The notes beneath the pieces are model-generated. The model saw only the letters and a list, made by a program, of their open reading frames with translations. It was not told where the DNA came from and did no database searches. Positions 1-9,119 of a stretch of 56,210 bases of DNA are shown here, in pieces. The stretch is from Chloroflexota bacterium (GTDB taxonomy: Bacteria > Chloroflexota > Limnocylindria > Limnocylindrales > CSP1-4). Each line of letters starts with the position of its first letter. The stretch's first letter is position 1. The stretch lies in assembly GCA_039931975.1 (NCBI GenBank), contig JBDTQW010000004.1, positions 1-56,210 on the forward strand. Reading direction: 5' to 3'. The translations under genes and the position numbers were made by a program.

Positions 1-657
1 GGCAGCCGCCGGACGGGGCGCCCCGCCCCTGGCTGCCAGGAGGGCGCGCTCGAGCTTCGAGCCGGGTGCCGATGTCAGGCCGTGGTGGCCGTCGAGGAGC
101 CCCTGGAGCGGCGCGAGGTCGCCGGCCGAGCCCCGGGTGAGCTCGAGCTCGAGCTCGAGAAAACGCTCGGCGACCCGCCCGTGCGCCACCACGTCGACCT
201 CGTCCAGACTGAGCTCGACCGCGGCAGCGCCGGTGGGCAGCTCGAGATCCCGCCGGCGCCGGAACTGGCGGATGGTGACCAGCTCCACCAGCGGCGCGTC
301 GCCGCACAGCTCCAGGATCAGCGAACGCGCTGCGGACGCCGGCCAGCCGGCCACCTCGGAGGTGCGATCCGCGGGGCCCTCCAGCTCCTCGCGACGGTGG
401 AGGGATCCCTGGCCCTCGATCGTGGACTTGAGGCTGACCACGGTCCCACCGGCCGAGGTCCTCAGGCGGGCCGCGAACCCCGCCCGGGCCAGGGCCCCGT
501 CCGCTGAGTCGACGTAGCGGTCCTCGTGCTGGATCGGCTTCGGAGCGCCAGTGGGCCGGAAGCCGGCCAGCGAGTCGGCATTGAGCAGCCGCTCACCAAC
601 GCTCCGGTCGGCGACGGCGTACTTGAGCTCGATCTCGACGGGGCGCTCGACGGTCAT
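1..657 (-). CDS. CYTH-domain protein (triphosphate tunnel metalloenzyme, probably CYTH-CHAD); partial, runs off the window start
   Basis: Not in the ORF track. Manual translation from ATG 657 gives MTVERPVEIELKYAV...HEDRYVDSADGALARAGFAARLR...VSLKS...REELE...VELSLDEV...LELELEL, with the CYTH ExExK and ELELE motifs. The start overlaps the ppk1 stop (ATGA). Confidence 0.85.
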   Translation of the reverse strand, partial: MTVERPVEIELKYAVADRSVGERLLNADSLAGFRPTGAPKPIQHEDRYVDSADGALARAGFAARLRTSAGGTVVSLKSTIEGQGSLHRREELEGPADRTSEVAGWPASAARSLILELCGDAPLVELVTIRQFRRRRDLELPTGAAAVELSLDEVDVVAHGRVAERFLELELELTRGSAGDLAPLQGLLDGHHGLTSAPGSKLERALLAARGGAPRPAAA

Positions 658-2822
658 GCCCGGGGATCCAGCGAGCCGACCCCGGCGCCGGGCCGGTGCG
701 GTTGGCCGGTCTCGCGCGCCCCCTCGATGGCGATCCGCTTCATCTCAGCGAACGTGTCGAATCGCCCTTCCTTGCCGTCGAGCTCTTCCGTCCGCCGCCA
801 GACGGCGTCGGTTCCGAGCTGCCACGATCGCCGGTCGTCGGCCAGCATGACCCCGATGATCTCCGCGATGCGAGCTGCGGCGTCGGGGTCCTCGATGGCC
901 ACCACGGCCTCGACCCGTCGGTCGAGGTTACGGTCCATCAGGTCGGCCGAGCCGATGTACCACTCCTGCCGCCCACCGTTGGCGAAGCCGTAGATCCGCG
1001 AGTGCTCCAGGAACTCGCCCACGATCGAGCGGACCCGGATCCGCTCGGACAGGCCCGGCACACCGGGACGGACTGAGCACATCCCGCGCACGATGATGTC
1101 GACGTCGACACCCGCCTGGCTCGCCCGGTAGATGGCCTCGGTCGATTCGGGGTCGACGATCGCATTGACCTTGATCACGATGCGGGCCTCCCGGCCGGCC
1201 GCCGCGAAGTCGATCTCGCGCTGGATCAGGCCCAGGATCCGGAAACGCAGGCTGTGCGGAGCGACGAGCAAGCGTCGGAAGTCCCGTTGGCGTGAGAGTC
1301 CCGTGAGGACGTTGAACAGGTCGGTCGCGTCGGCACCAAGCTCGGGTCGGCAGGACAGCAGCCCCAGGTCGGTGTACAGGCGGGCCGTCTTCGGGTTGTA
1401 GTTGCCGGTCCCGATATGAACGTAGCGCCGCAGGATCGAGCCCTCTCGGCGGACCACCAGGGCGAGCTTGGAGTGCGTCTTGAGCCCGACCAGGCCGTAC
1501 ACCACGTGCGCGCCGGCCTGCTCCAGCTTGCGCGCCCAGACGATGTTGGCTTCCTCGTCGAACCTGGCCTTGATCTCGACCAGGACGACCACCTGCTTGC
1601 CACGCTCGGCGGCCCGGATCAGGTCGCGCACGATCGGCGAGTCGCCCGAGGTCCGGTACAGGGTCATCTTGATGGTCAGGACCTCGGGGTCCTCGGCGGC
1701 CTGGGCGATGAACCGCTCGACGGAGGCCCCGAACGAGTCGTAGGGATGGTGGACCAGGATGTCGCCGGCGCGGGTGGCGGCGAAGACGTCCGCCGGTTCG
1801 TCGTCGTCGGGCGGGCTCAGCCGCGGCGGAACGACGGGCGTCCAGGGCGGCAGCTGAAGATCGGGCCGGTCGAGCCCGGCGACGGCCCAGAGGCCGCTCA
1901 GATCGAGCATCCCGGCGATCTCGTAGCAGTCGTCGGGACTCAGGCCGATCCCGTCGAGCAGGATCTTGCGGGTGGTCTCGGGCATGCTCCGCTCGACCTC
2001 GAGCCGGACCGCCTCGCCAAAGCGCCTGCGGCGGAGCTCCTCCTCGATGGCCAGGAGGAGATCACCGGCCTCGTCCTCCTCGATCGCCAGGTCGGCGTTG
2101 CGGGTCACCCGGAAGAGGTGAGCGTCGGTGATCTCCATGCCCGTGAACAGCAGGTCGAGGTTGTTGGCGATGACCTGGTCCAGCAGGACCCAGGTATGCG
2201 GCTCGACTTCGATGAGTCGGGGAAGGACCGCCGGCACCTTGACCCGCGCGAACTCGCGCTCGCCGCTCTCCGGGTCGCGCAGCCCGACCGCGATCGAAAG
2301 GCTCAGCGTGCTGATGTACGGGAACGGGTGCCCGGGGTCGACCGCGAGCGGGGTCAGGACTGGGAAGATCTCGTCAATGAAGCGTTCCCGGAGCTTGGTA
2401 TGGTATTGCGGGATCTTGCCGTACTTGACGATCGCAACGCCCTGCTCGGTGAGTGCCTTGCGGATCTCGGCAAAGGCTGCCGAGTGCTGGACCATCAGGT
2501 CGCGAACGACCGGCCGGATGCGTTCCAGCTGCTCGGCCGCCGACAGGCCGTCGGGTGACAACCGGGCCGACCTGGCCGCCGCCTGTTGGCGGAGTCCCGC
2601 GACGCGGACCTGGAAGAACTCGTCGAGGTTGCCGGCGAAGATCGCCAGGAACTTCACTCGCTCGAGGAGCGGGTTGCGCGGGTCCCTGGCCTGGTACAGG
2701 ACGCGGGCGTTCCAGTCCAGCCACGACAGCTCGCGGTTGATGTAGCCCAGATCCGCCTTCGTCGGCACCCGGCGCAGGCGAGTCAGACGGCTCTCGGCGC
2801 GTGCGGACCGGGCGGCGGACAT
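654..2822 (-). CDS. ppk1: Polyphosphate kinase 1
   Basis: YINRELSWLDWNARVL, NLDEFFQVRVAG, PGHPFPYIS, HHPYDSF, KARFDEEANI, LKTHSK, HIGTGNYN, FLEHSRI, SADLMDRNLDRRVE. Confidence 0.97.
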   Translation of the reverse strand: MSAARSARAESRLTRLRRVPTKADLGYINRELSWLDWNARVLYQARDPRNPLLERVKFLAIFAGNLDEFFQVRVAGLRQQAAARSARLSPDGLSAAEQLERIRPVVRDLMVQHSAAFAEIRKALTEQGVAIVKYGKIPQYHTKLRERFIDEIFPVLTPLAVDPGHPFPYISTLSLSIAVGLRDPESGEREFARVKVPAVLPRLIEVEPHTWVLLDQVIANNLDLLFTGMEITDAHLFRVTRNADLAIEEDEAGDLLLAIEEELRRRRFGEAVRLEVERSMPETTRKILLDGIGLSPDDCYEIAGMLDLSGLWAVAGLDRPDLQLPPWTPVVPPRLSPPDDDEPADVFAATRAGDILVHHPYDSFGASVERFIAQAAEDPEVLTIKMTLYRTSGDSPIVRDLIRAAERGKQVVVLVEIKARFDEEANIVWARKLEQAGAHVVYGLVGLKTHSKLALVVRREGSILRRYVHIGTGNYNPKTARLYTDLGLLSCRPELGADATDLFNVLTGLSRQRDFRRLLVAPHSLRFRILGLIQREIDFAAAGREARIVIKVNAIVDPESTEAIYRASQAGVDVDIIVRGMCSVRPGVPGLSERIRVRSIVGEFLEHSRIYGFANGGRQEWYIGSADLMDRNLDRRVEAVVAIEDPDAAARIAEIIGVMLADDRRSWQLGTDAVWRRTEELDGKEGRFDTFAEMKRIAIEGARETGQPHRPGAGVGSLDPRA

Positions 2823-2960
2823 CGGTCGTGTGGCTCCCAGGCGATCCCACGGACGGGGCGTGCCCGATCGGCACCGGGGCGCGCGCGTCGGTGGCCGACT
2901 AGGTTAGCACGGCCAGATTGCGCTTCCACACGGAACGGACGTCCTGGGTTCGGCGGGCCG

Positions 2961-3314
2961 TCAGTCCTCGGCCACGTAGCGGCGCTCGCCGGTCCGCGGG
3001 TCGGCGAAGACGCGCATCCGGCGCTGGCTGGTGGGGTCCACGAAGACCTCGACAGTCGGTGCGAAGCGCGGTTCCAGCGTGCCGGGCGGCTCGCCGCCGC
3101 CGGGCCCGATCGGGTCGCCGGTCCGCTCGGCGGCCTCGCTGCGATAGCGGGTGCGCTCGAACAGCAGGAGGACCATGGCCGCCCCACCCAGGATCACGAA
3201 GCCAAGCCCACCGCTGCCGGGGCCGACCGATCCGAGCAGGGCCAGCCCGGCCAGGATGACCAGCGCCGCACAGGCGAACAGCACCGCGCGGCTGGTCCTG
3301 AACAGGGCGCTCAT
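2961..3314 (-). CDS. Small membrane protein, two TM helices plus conserved-looking C-terminus
   Basis: Start moved to ATG 3314 (MSALFRTSRAVLF), 4 nt after the YbjQ stop. Two hydrophobic segments, then EVFVDPTSQRRMRVFADPRTGERRYV. Confidence 0.75.
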   Translation of the reverse strand: MSALFRTSRAVLFACAALVILAGLALLGSVGPGSGGLGFVILGGAAMVLLLFERTRYRSEAAERTGDPIGPGGGEPPGTLEPRFAPTVEVFVDPTSQRRMRVFADPRTGERRYVAED

Positions 3315-3318
3315 CGGG

Positions 3319-3675
3319 CTAGTCGACCGAGCCTGGAGCGGGCGCCGCGGCCGACTCGTCCGGGACGAGGACCACGGCCGTGCCATAGGCCACGATCTCG
3401 GACATGGTGCCGCCGAGCTCGGACGAGTCGAAGCGCATCGAGAGGATCCCGTTCGCGCCGGCCATCGTGGCGTTCTGGACCATCCGGTCGATGGCCTGGC
3501 GGCGGGTGTCCTCGAGCAGCTGGGTGTATTCGTGGATCTCGCCACCGACGAGCGAGCGCAACCCGGCGGCGAGGTTGCCGGCGAGGCCCCGGCTGCGGAC
3601 GACCAGGCCGAACACCTGGCCCTTGGTCTCGGTCACACGATGACCGGATACGAATGGAGTGGTGGCGATGATCAT
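3319..3675 (-). CDS. YbjQ/UPF0145 family protein
   Basis: GLVVRSR...AGLRSLVGGEIHEYTQLLEDTRRQAIDRM...GANGILSMRFD...EIVAYGTAV is the YbjQ pattern. Confidence 0.92.
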   Translation of the reverse strand: MIIATTPFVSGHRVTETKGQVFGLVVRSRGLAGNLAAGLRSLVGGEIHEYTQLLEDTRRQAIDRMVQNATMAGANGILSMRFDSSELGGTMSEIVAYGTAVVLVPDESAAAPAPGSVD

Positions 3676-4121
3676 CGGTCCTCTCCTGGGCTATGGGCGC
3701 CATGGTCGGGTCGGCCGATCGTCGGGCGACCCTCGGCCCGGCGTCGGGCGGTGCACGCATCGCACGGGCACATGTCGCGAAGGCTCGCGAACGCGTAGTA
3801 GCCGGTGTGGTGGCCATCGCCCCAGGTGGGGGCGATCGCGTATTGGCCAACGAGCTGCAAGTCCACCAGGCGGGTCTGCTCGGGGCTCAGCTGGGGCGCC
3901 GAATCGAGCCACCCGGGAAGGCCCGCCTCGCCACGACAGAAGGCGCACGGGCACATCCAGCGTAGGGTCACCGAGTCGTATATGGTCTGGTGCCCGTCGC
4001 GCCAGCCGATCTCGAGCGTGCCGGCCGCCCGATCCGCGTGGATCCGGGTCGGTGCGCTGACGACGGACGTGGCCGCCGCGGCCGAGGCATGCGCGCTAGA
4101 AGGCGTTCGATCGGGGCTCAT
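3672..4121 (-). CDS. DUF971 (GBBH N-terminal-like) protein with two CPCxxC motifs
   Basis: Only the C-terminal part of track ORF 3672..5276 looks real: LEIGWRDGH...LRWMCPCAFC...VGQYAIAPTWGDGHHTGYY...MCPCDAC. TACAAT lies 7 nt before ATG 4121. Confidence 0.88.
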   Translation of the reverse strand: MSPDRTPSSAHASAAAATSVVSAPTRIHADRAAGTLEIGWRDGHQTIYDSVTLRWMCPCAFCRGEAGLPGWLDSAPQLSPEQTRLVDLQLVGQYAIAPTWGDGHHTGYYAFASLRDMCPCDACTARRRAEGRPTIGRPDHGAHSPGEDR

Positions 4122-4148
4122 GCGTCCGATTGTAGGCACAATCGCGGG

Positions 4149-6677
4149 GTGACCGACATGACCGCGCTCGTCGATGCGCACGCGTTGCCCGCCGGCGACG
4201 TCGCGGTCCGCCTTGGAGTCGACCCGGCCGTCGGCCTGGCCGTTGTCGAGGCCGAGCGCCGTGCCCAGGTCAGCGGGCCGAATGTCCTCGAGGCGGAGCG
4301 AGGCCGGCCCGTATGGCGGATGGTCCTCGAGGCGGCCACGGAACCCTTCGTCCTGCTCCTGCTCGCGGCGGGCGCGCTGGCGATCATCCTCGGCGAGGTT
4401 CGCGACGGCGCGCTGGTCCTGCTCGCGCTGCTCCCGATCGTGGGCGCAGACGTAGTCACCGAATACCGCGGTGAGCGTGCCCTCGAGGCACTCCGAGGCG
4501 CCAGCGCACCAGCCAGCCGGGTCCGGCGGGGCGGCACCGTCGTCGATGTCGCGACGTCGGGACTCGTCCCGGGCGAGGTCGTACTGCTCCGAACCGGCGA
4601 TGTCGTCCCGGCCGACCTGCGCCTGTGGCGGGTGGACGGGCTGCTCGTCGACCGGAGCGCCCTGACCGGTGAATCCGTTCCGGAGCCCGGCCGTGTCGCT
4701 CCCGACGCCGGCGAGACCGGCCTCGCGTCGCGACGTTCGATCGCCTACGCCGGGACGTGCATCGTAGGCGGGCGGGGCGAGGGGATCGTCGTCGCCATCG
4801 GCGGCGCGACCGAGGTGGGCCGGATCGCCGGCAGCCTCGCCCGCCAGGAGCATCGCCGATCGCCGGTCCAGCGCGAGCTCGACCGGTTGGTCAAGATCCT
4901 GCTCGGCGCCGCGCTGGCCCTGATCGCGTTCGTAACGATCGCCGGGTTCGTCCGGGGGCGAACGCTCGGCGAGAACCTGCTGGCGGGGATCTCGGCCGCG
5001 ATCGCCGCGATCCCGGAGGAGCCGCCGGTCCTCCTGGCCGTGGTCCTCGGCCTCGGGGCGTATCGGTTGCTCCGGCGCGGCGTCCTGGTCCGGCGGTTGA
5101 ACGCCGAGGAGACCCTCGGCGCGGTCGATCTCATCGTCACCGACAAGACCGGCACCTTGACCCGAAACCGCCTCGAGATCGCCTCGTTGTGTGACCGCGA
5201 CGGGCCGATCGAGGAACCCGACCGGCGCCGGGCCATGCTCGTGGATGCGCTTCGGGCCGAGGACGATGCCTGGCACCTCGACGACGGCGTCGTTCCGGGC
5301 TCGTTCACCGCCGCGATCGGCAGGGCGATCGCCGGGGAGGGAGGCGAGGTCGTGCTGTCCCGGGGCGATCTCCTGGACGCGGTGGCGGCCGGCGACGGAA
5401 GTCCGATCGCCCGGACGCGGGCGCGACGTGACGGCGGGATCGAGGAGCTCGCACTCGGCGCGCCCGAGGCGGTCCTGGCGCTGACCGGGACCAGCTCCGA
5501 CGAGGGCTGGTTACCGGCCGTCGAGGCCGGCGCCGAGGCCGGCGAGCGGTTGGTCCTGCTCGCCCGCCGGAGCGACGGCGGGCCCTGGCAGGTGCTGGGC
5601 CTGATCGGGTTCGCGGATCCGCTCCGCGAGGGCGTCCGCGAAGCGCTGGGGACGGCACGCAGGGCCGGCATCCAGACGCTGGTGGTGACCGGTGACCACC
5701 CGCGGACCGCAGCGGCGATTGCCCGAGCGGCCGGGCTCGATTTCGATCGCGTCGTGACCGGCGAGCAGCTGGCGGACTGGAGCGACGAACGACTCGCCCG
5801 CGAGCTCGGCGACCTGCACATCGTCGCTCGCTCGACACCCGACCAGAAGGAGCGGATCGTTCGCGCCGCGAAGGAGGACGGGCGGATCGTGGCGGTAACG
5901 GGCGATGGCGTCAACGACGCTCCGGCCCTCCACGGCGCCGACGTCGCCGTAGCGATGGGCAGCGGCACCGCGGTCGCCCGGGAGGCCTCCGACCTTGTCC
6001 TCGGCGACGACTCGTTCGCCACCCTGATGTATGCCCTCGACGAGGGACGTCGGATCGTCGACAACATCCAGAAGGGGCTGGTCTTCCTGGTCTCGACCCA
6101 TGTCGCCCTGCTCGGCTTCCTGTTGATCGCCACGCTGGCAGGGTTCGACCAGCCGCTGCTGCCCATCCAGATCCTGTGGCTCGAGCTGTTCATCGACCTG
6201 TCGACCTCCATTGCCTTCGAACGCGAGCCGCCCGAGCCGGACCTGATGACCCGGCCGCCCCGGCCGGCCGGCCGGCCGCTCCTCGACAACGGGCTGCTCG
6301 CGCGTCTGACCGTGGCCGGCGGCTACAGCGCAATGGCCGCCCTGTTCCTGATGGCCAATCACGGCGGCGGCTTCGAGCACGCTCGCTGGCTGGCCTACAC
6401 CGCTCTTGTCGTGGGCCAGGCCGTCCGGGCGTACGCCAACCGATCGATCCGCAACCCCGTCCACCGCCTCCGGACGAACGGCTTCCTGGCCGTCACCTGC
6501 CTGGTCGTCGTGGCGGTCCAGGCTGTCATCCCGTATGTGCCGCCGCTCGCGGCCACGTTCCGGGCGACGCCACTCGAGCCCCTCGACTGGGCGCTGGTGG
6601 CCGCGGTCGCCCTCCTGCCGGCGCTCCTCGGCGAGACGATCCGGACCCTTCGGCCGGGCAGTCGCTGGATCGCCTGA
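4149..6677 (+). CDS. Cation-transporting P-type ATPase (type II-like)
   Basis: VPADLRL, ALTGES, DKTGTLT phosphorylation motif, TGDHP, GDGVNDAPAL. Start at GTG 4149 (CACAAT 6 nt upstream) or ATG 4158. Confidence 0.93.
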   Translation: MTDMTALVDAHALPAGDVAVRLGVDPAVGLAVVEAERRAQVSGPNVLEAERGRPVWRMVLEAATEPFVLLLLAAGALAIILGEVRDGALVLLALLPIVGADVVTEYRGERALEALRGASAPASRVRRGGTVVDVATSGLVPGEVVLLRTGDVVPADLRLWRVDGLLVDRSALTGESVPEPGRVAPDAGETGLASRRSIAYAGTCIVGGRGEGIVVAIGGATEVGRIAGSLARQEHRRSPVQRELDRLVKILLGAALALIAFVTIAGFVRGRTLGENLLAGISAAIAAIPEEPPVLLAVVLGLGAYRLLRRGVLVRRLNAEETLGAVDLIVTDKTGTLTRNRLEIASLCDRDGPIEEPDRRRAMLVDALRAEDDAWHLDDGVVPGSFTAAIGRAIAGEGGEVVLSRGDLLDAVAAGDGSPIARTRARRDGGIEELALGAPEAVLALTGTSSDEGWLPAVEAGAEAGERLVLLARRSDGGPWQVLGLIGFADPLREGVREALGTARRAGIQTLVVTGDHPRTAAAIARAAGLDFDRVVTGEQLADWSDERLARELGDLHIVARSTPDQKERIVRAAKEDGRIVAVTGDGVNDAPALHGADVAVAMGSGTAVAREASDLVLGDDSFATLMYALDEGRRIVDNIQKGLVFLVSTHVALLGFLLIATLAGFDQPLLPIQILWLELFIDLSTSIAFEREPPEPDLMTRPPRPAGRPLLDNGLLARLTVAGGYSAMAALFLMANHGGGFEHARWLAYTALVVGQAVRAYANRSIRNPVHRLRTNGFLAVTCLVVVAVQAVIPYVPPLAATFRATPLEPLDWALVAAVALLPALLGETIRTLRPGSRWIA

Positions 6678-6758
6678 CGGGTCCCCCGAGACCGTACCGG
6701 CAGCAGCGAGGCCGAATGTCCTGGGGACGGCTCGCGGAAGGGCCGGTATGCTCCCGCG

Positions 6759-7739
6759 ATGGCACTGGTCGTCGATCGACTCGTGAAACGCTTCGGCCCG
6801 GTCGTCGCCCTCGACGGGATGGACTTCCGGGTCGAGCCCGGCGTGATCTTCGGATTCCTCGGAGCCAACGGCGCAGGCAAGACCACGACCATCCGGATCG
6901 TGCTCGACCTGCTCCGTCCCGATCAGGGCTCGACGACCTGGCACGGCCGGCCGACCGCGGAGATGCCCCGCCGGACCTGGGGCTACCTACCCGAGGAACG
7001 TGGCCTGTATCCGCGGATGGCGGTGATGGACCAGCTGGTCTTCTTCGCGGGCTTGTACGGGGTCGACCGCGCCCCGGCCCGGCGGACCGTCCACGAGTGG
7101 CTCGAGCGGCTGCACATCCCCGAGGCCGCCCAGCGCCGGACGGACGAGCTGAGCAAGGGCAACCAGCAGAAGATCCAGTTCATCGCTGCGATCGTCCACG
7201 ATCCCGACGTCCTGATCATGGACGAGCCGTTCGCCGGGCTCGATCCGGTCAACAGCGCGATCCTGCGCGCCGCCTTCATCGAGATGCGCTCGCGCGGCAA
7301 GACGCTCATCTTCTCGACCCACCAGATGGAGACCGTCGAGGCGCTGTGCGAGTCGATCGTCATCGTCGATCGTGGCCGAGTCGTGGTCGGCGGAGCAGTC
7401 CGCGACGTGAAGCGAACCTCGGGTCGGCAGGTCGTCCGGATCGCGCTCGATGGTGACGGGCGGGCCGACGGGCCCGAGCGCCTGGCCTGGCTGGACACGA
7501 TCCCCGGTGTCCAGGTGACCCGTCCCGGCGCCGACTACGTCGAGCTGACCGTGGCCCGCGGCGTCGACCCCCAGACGATCCTGCGAGCGGCCGTCGAGCG
7601 GGGCGACCCGGTGGCCCGCTTCGAGATCGCCGACCCGTCGCTCGAGGAGATCTTCATCGAGCGCGTGGGCATCCGGCCAGGCGATGCCGAGGACCTGACC
7701 CCGGCGACGGTGGGGACCGCGGCGCCGGTGGTCTCGTGA
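6759..7739 (+). CDS. ABC-2 type exporter ATP-binding subunit (NatA/YhaQ-like)
   Basis: GANGAGKTT, GYLPEERGLY, LSKGNQQK, MDEPFAGLDP, C-terminal PSLEEIFI. Confidence 0.92.
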   Translation: MALVVDRLVKRFGPVVALDGMDFRVEPGVIFGFLGANGAGKTTTIRIVLDLLRPDQGSTTWHGRPTAEMPRRTWGYLPEERGLYPRMAVMDQLVFFAGLYGVDRAPARRTVHEWLERLHIPEAAQRRTDELSKGNQQKIQFIAAIVHDPDVLIMDEPFAGLDPVNSAILRAAFIEMRSRGKTLIFSTHQMETVEALCESIVIVDRGRVVVGGAVRDVKRTSGRQVVRIALDGDGRADGPERLAWLDTIPGVQVTRPGADYVELTVARGVDPQTILRAAVERGDPVARFEIADPSLEEIFIERVGIRPGDAEDLTPATVGTAAPVVS

Positions 7740-9091
7740 CCGAGCCGCAGCGCGGACGACGCCGGCTGAGCGGCCCCGGCCTGCGCCGGAACGCGCTGCT
7801 CATCGCCCGGCGCGAGTACCTCGACCGCGTCCCGACCCGCACGTTCCTGGCCGCGACCCTGGTCCTGGCCGCCGTGGCGATCGGTCTGGCACTCGCCCCG
7901 ATCGCGCTGCGCTACCTCGACCGCGGAACGGTCGTACAGATCGGCATCGTCGCACCGGACGACAACGTGGCCCGGGTCAGCCTGCCGCTCCTCGACGAGT
8001 ACCTCAATGCGACGCCGCAGGGCGTCGACCCGGCCACCTGGGAGAAGCCGTTCAAGCTCGTCCAGGAGCCCGACCAGAAGACGGCCATGGCCGGGCTTGC
8101 TCAGCGGCGGCTGAACTCCGTCCTGCTGATCAAGCGCGCCCCGGACAGCGCCCTTTCGTTCACCTTCCACACGCCGGAGTCCGCCGCCAGCCCTCTCGCC
8201 CAACGGGTCGGCTTCGGGTCGGTCGGCGTGGGGATCCTCGACTGGCAGTCGCACCTCCCGACCGATCCCGGTGTCGGCCAGTTCCACCCGCCGGTGTTCT
8301 CCGTGGTCTCGGCCTACGGGGCGGTCGATCCAGGACCTACGTTCGATCCCCAGCTCATCGCCAACCGATCGATCCTGGCGACCATCCTGATCGTGCTCAT
8401 CTTCGTGACCCTGACGGTCTACGGGATGTGGGTCGCGACCAGCGTCGCCGCCGAGAAGAGCACCAGGGTGATGGAGTTGCTGATCAGCGCGGCGACGCCG
8501 CGCGAGCTGCTGGTCGGCAAGGTCCTCGGGGTCGGCGGGGCGGGCCTCACGCAGTATGCCGGGATCCTCATCCCGGCGGCCCTCGTGGTGCTGTTGCAGG
8601 ACCTGATCGCGGGACTCCTGCTTGGTCCGGCGCCCGTCGCCGGGGAGGCCCCGCTGGATGGCCTGACCCTGCCCATGCTGGGCGCCTTCCTGCTGTTCTT
8701 CCTGCTCGGATTCGTCCTCTACGCGCTGCTCTACGCGGCCGCCGGATCGCTGGTCAGCCGTCAGGAGGACGTCCAGCAGCTGGCCCTTCCGCTCAGCATG
8801 GTATCCATGGCCAGCTATATCGCTGCTGCGATCGGGCTCAGCTCGATCGGCTCACCACTGGTCATCGTCCTCTCGTTCGTCCCGTTCTCGAGCCCCTTCG
8901 TGATGCTCTCGCGAATCGTCCTCGGTCGGGTCGAGCCGTGGGAGATCGCCCTGTCCGTGGCGATCCTGGTCGGCACGAGCGGGCTGATCCTGCTCCTGGC
9001 TTCGCGGATCTACGCCACCGGCGTCCTGCTCTACGGCCAGCGGCCGGGCGTCCTCGCCTTCGTGCGTGCCGCCCGGACGGCGATCGGCTGA
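7736..9091 (+). CDS. ABC-2 type exporter permease (NatB/YhaP-like)
   Basis: IARREY, VAAEKSTRVMELLIS, GKVLG, LYAAAGSLVSRQED, SFVPFSSPFVM. GTGA overlap with the ATPase. Confidence 0.9.
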   Translation: MTEPQRGRRRLSGPGLRRNALLIARREYLDRVPTRTFLAATLVLAAVAIGLALAPIALRYLDRGTVVQIGIVAPDDNVARVSLPLLDEYLNATPQGVDPATWEKPFKLVQEPDQKTAMAGLAQRRLNSVLLIKRAPDSALSFTFHTPESAASPLAQRVGFGSVGVGILDWQSHLPTDPGVGQFHPPVFSVVSAYGAVDPGPTFDPQLIANRSILATILIVLIFVTLTVYGMWVATSVAAEKSTRVMELLISAATPRELLVGKVLGVGGAGLTQYAGILIPAALVVLLQDLIAGLLLGPAPVAGEAPLDGLTLPMLGAFLLFFLLGFVLYALLYAAAGSLVSRQEDVQQLALPLSMVSMASYIAAAIGLSSIGSPLVIVLSFVPFSSPFVMLSRIVLGRVEPWEIALSVAILVGTSGLILLLASRIYATGVLLYGQRPGVLAFVRAARTAIG

Positions 9092-9119
9092 CGTCCGCGC
9101 CGCCGGTTCGGGGCGCGGA

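Noticed and set aside
137-160. GAGCTC tandem repeats
   Set aside because: They encode the ELELEL motif of the CYTH domain on the minus strand.
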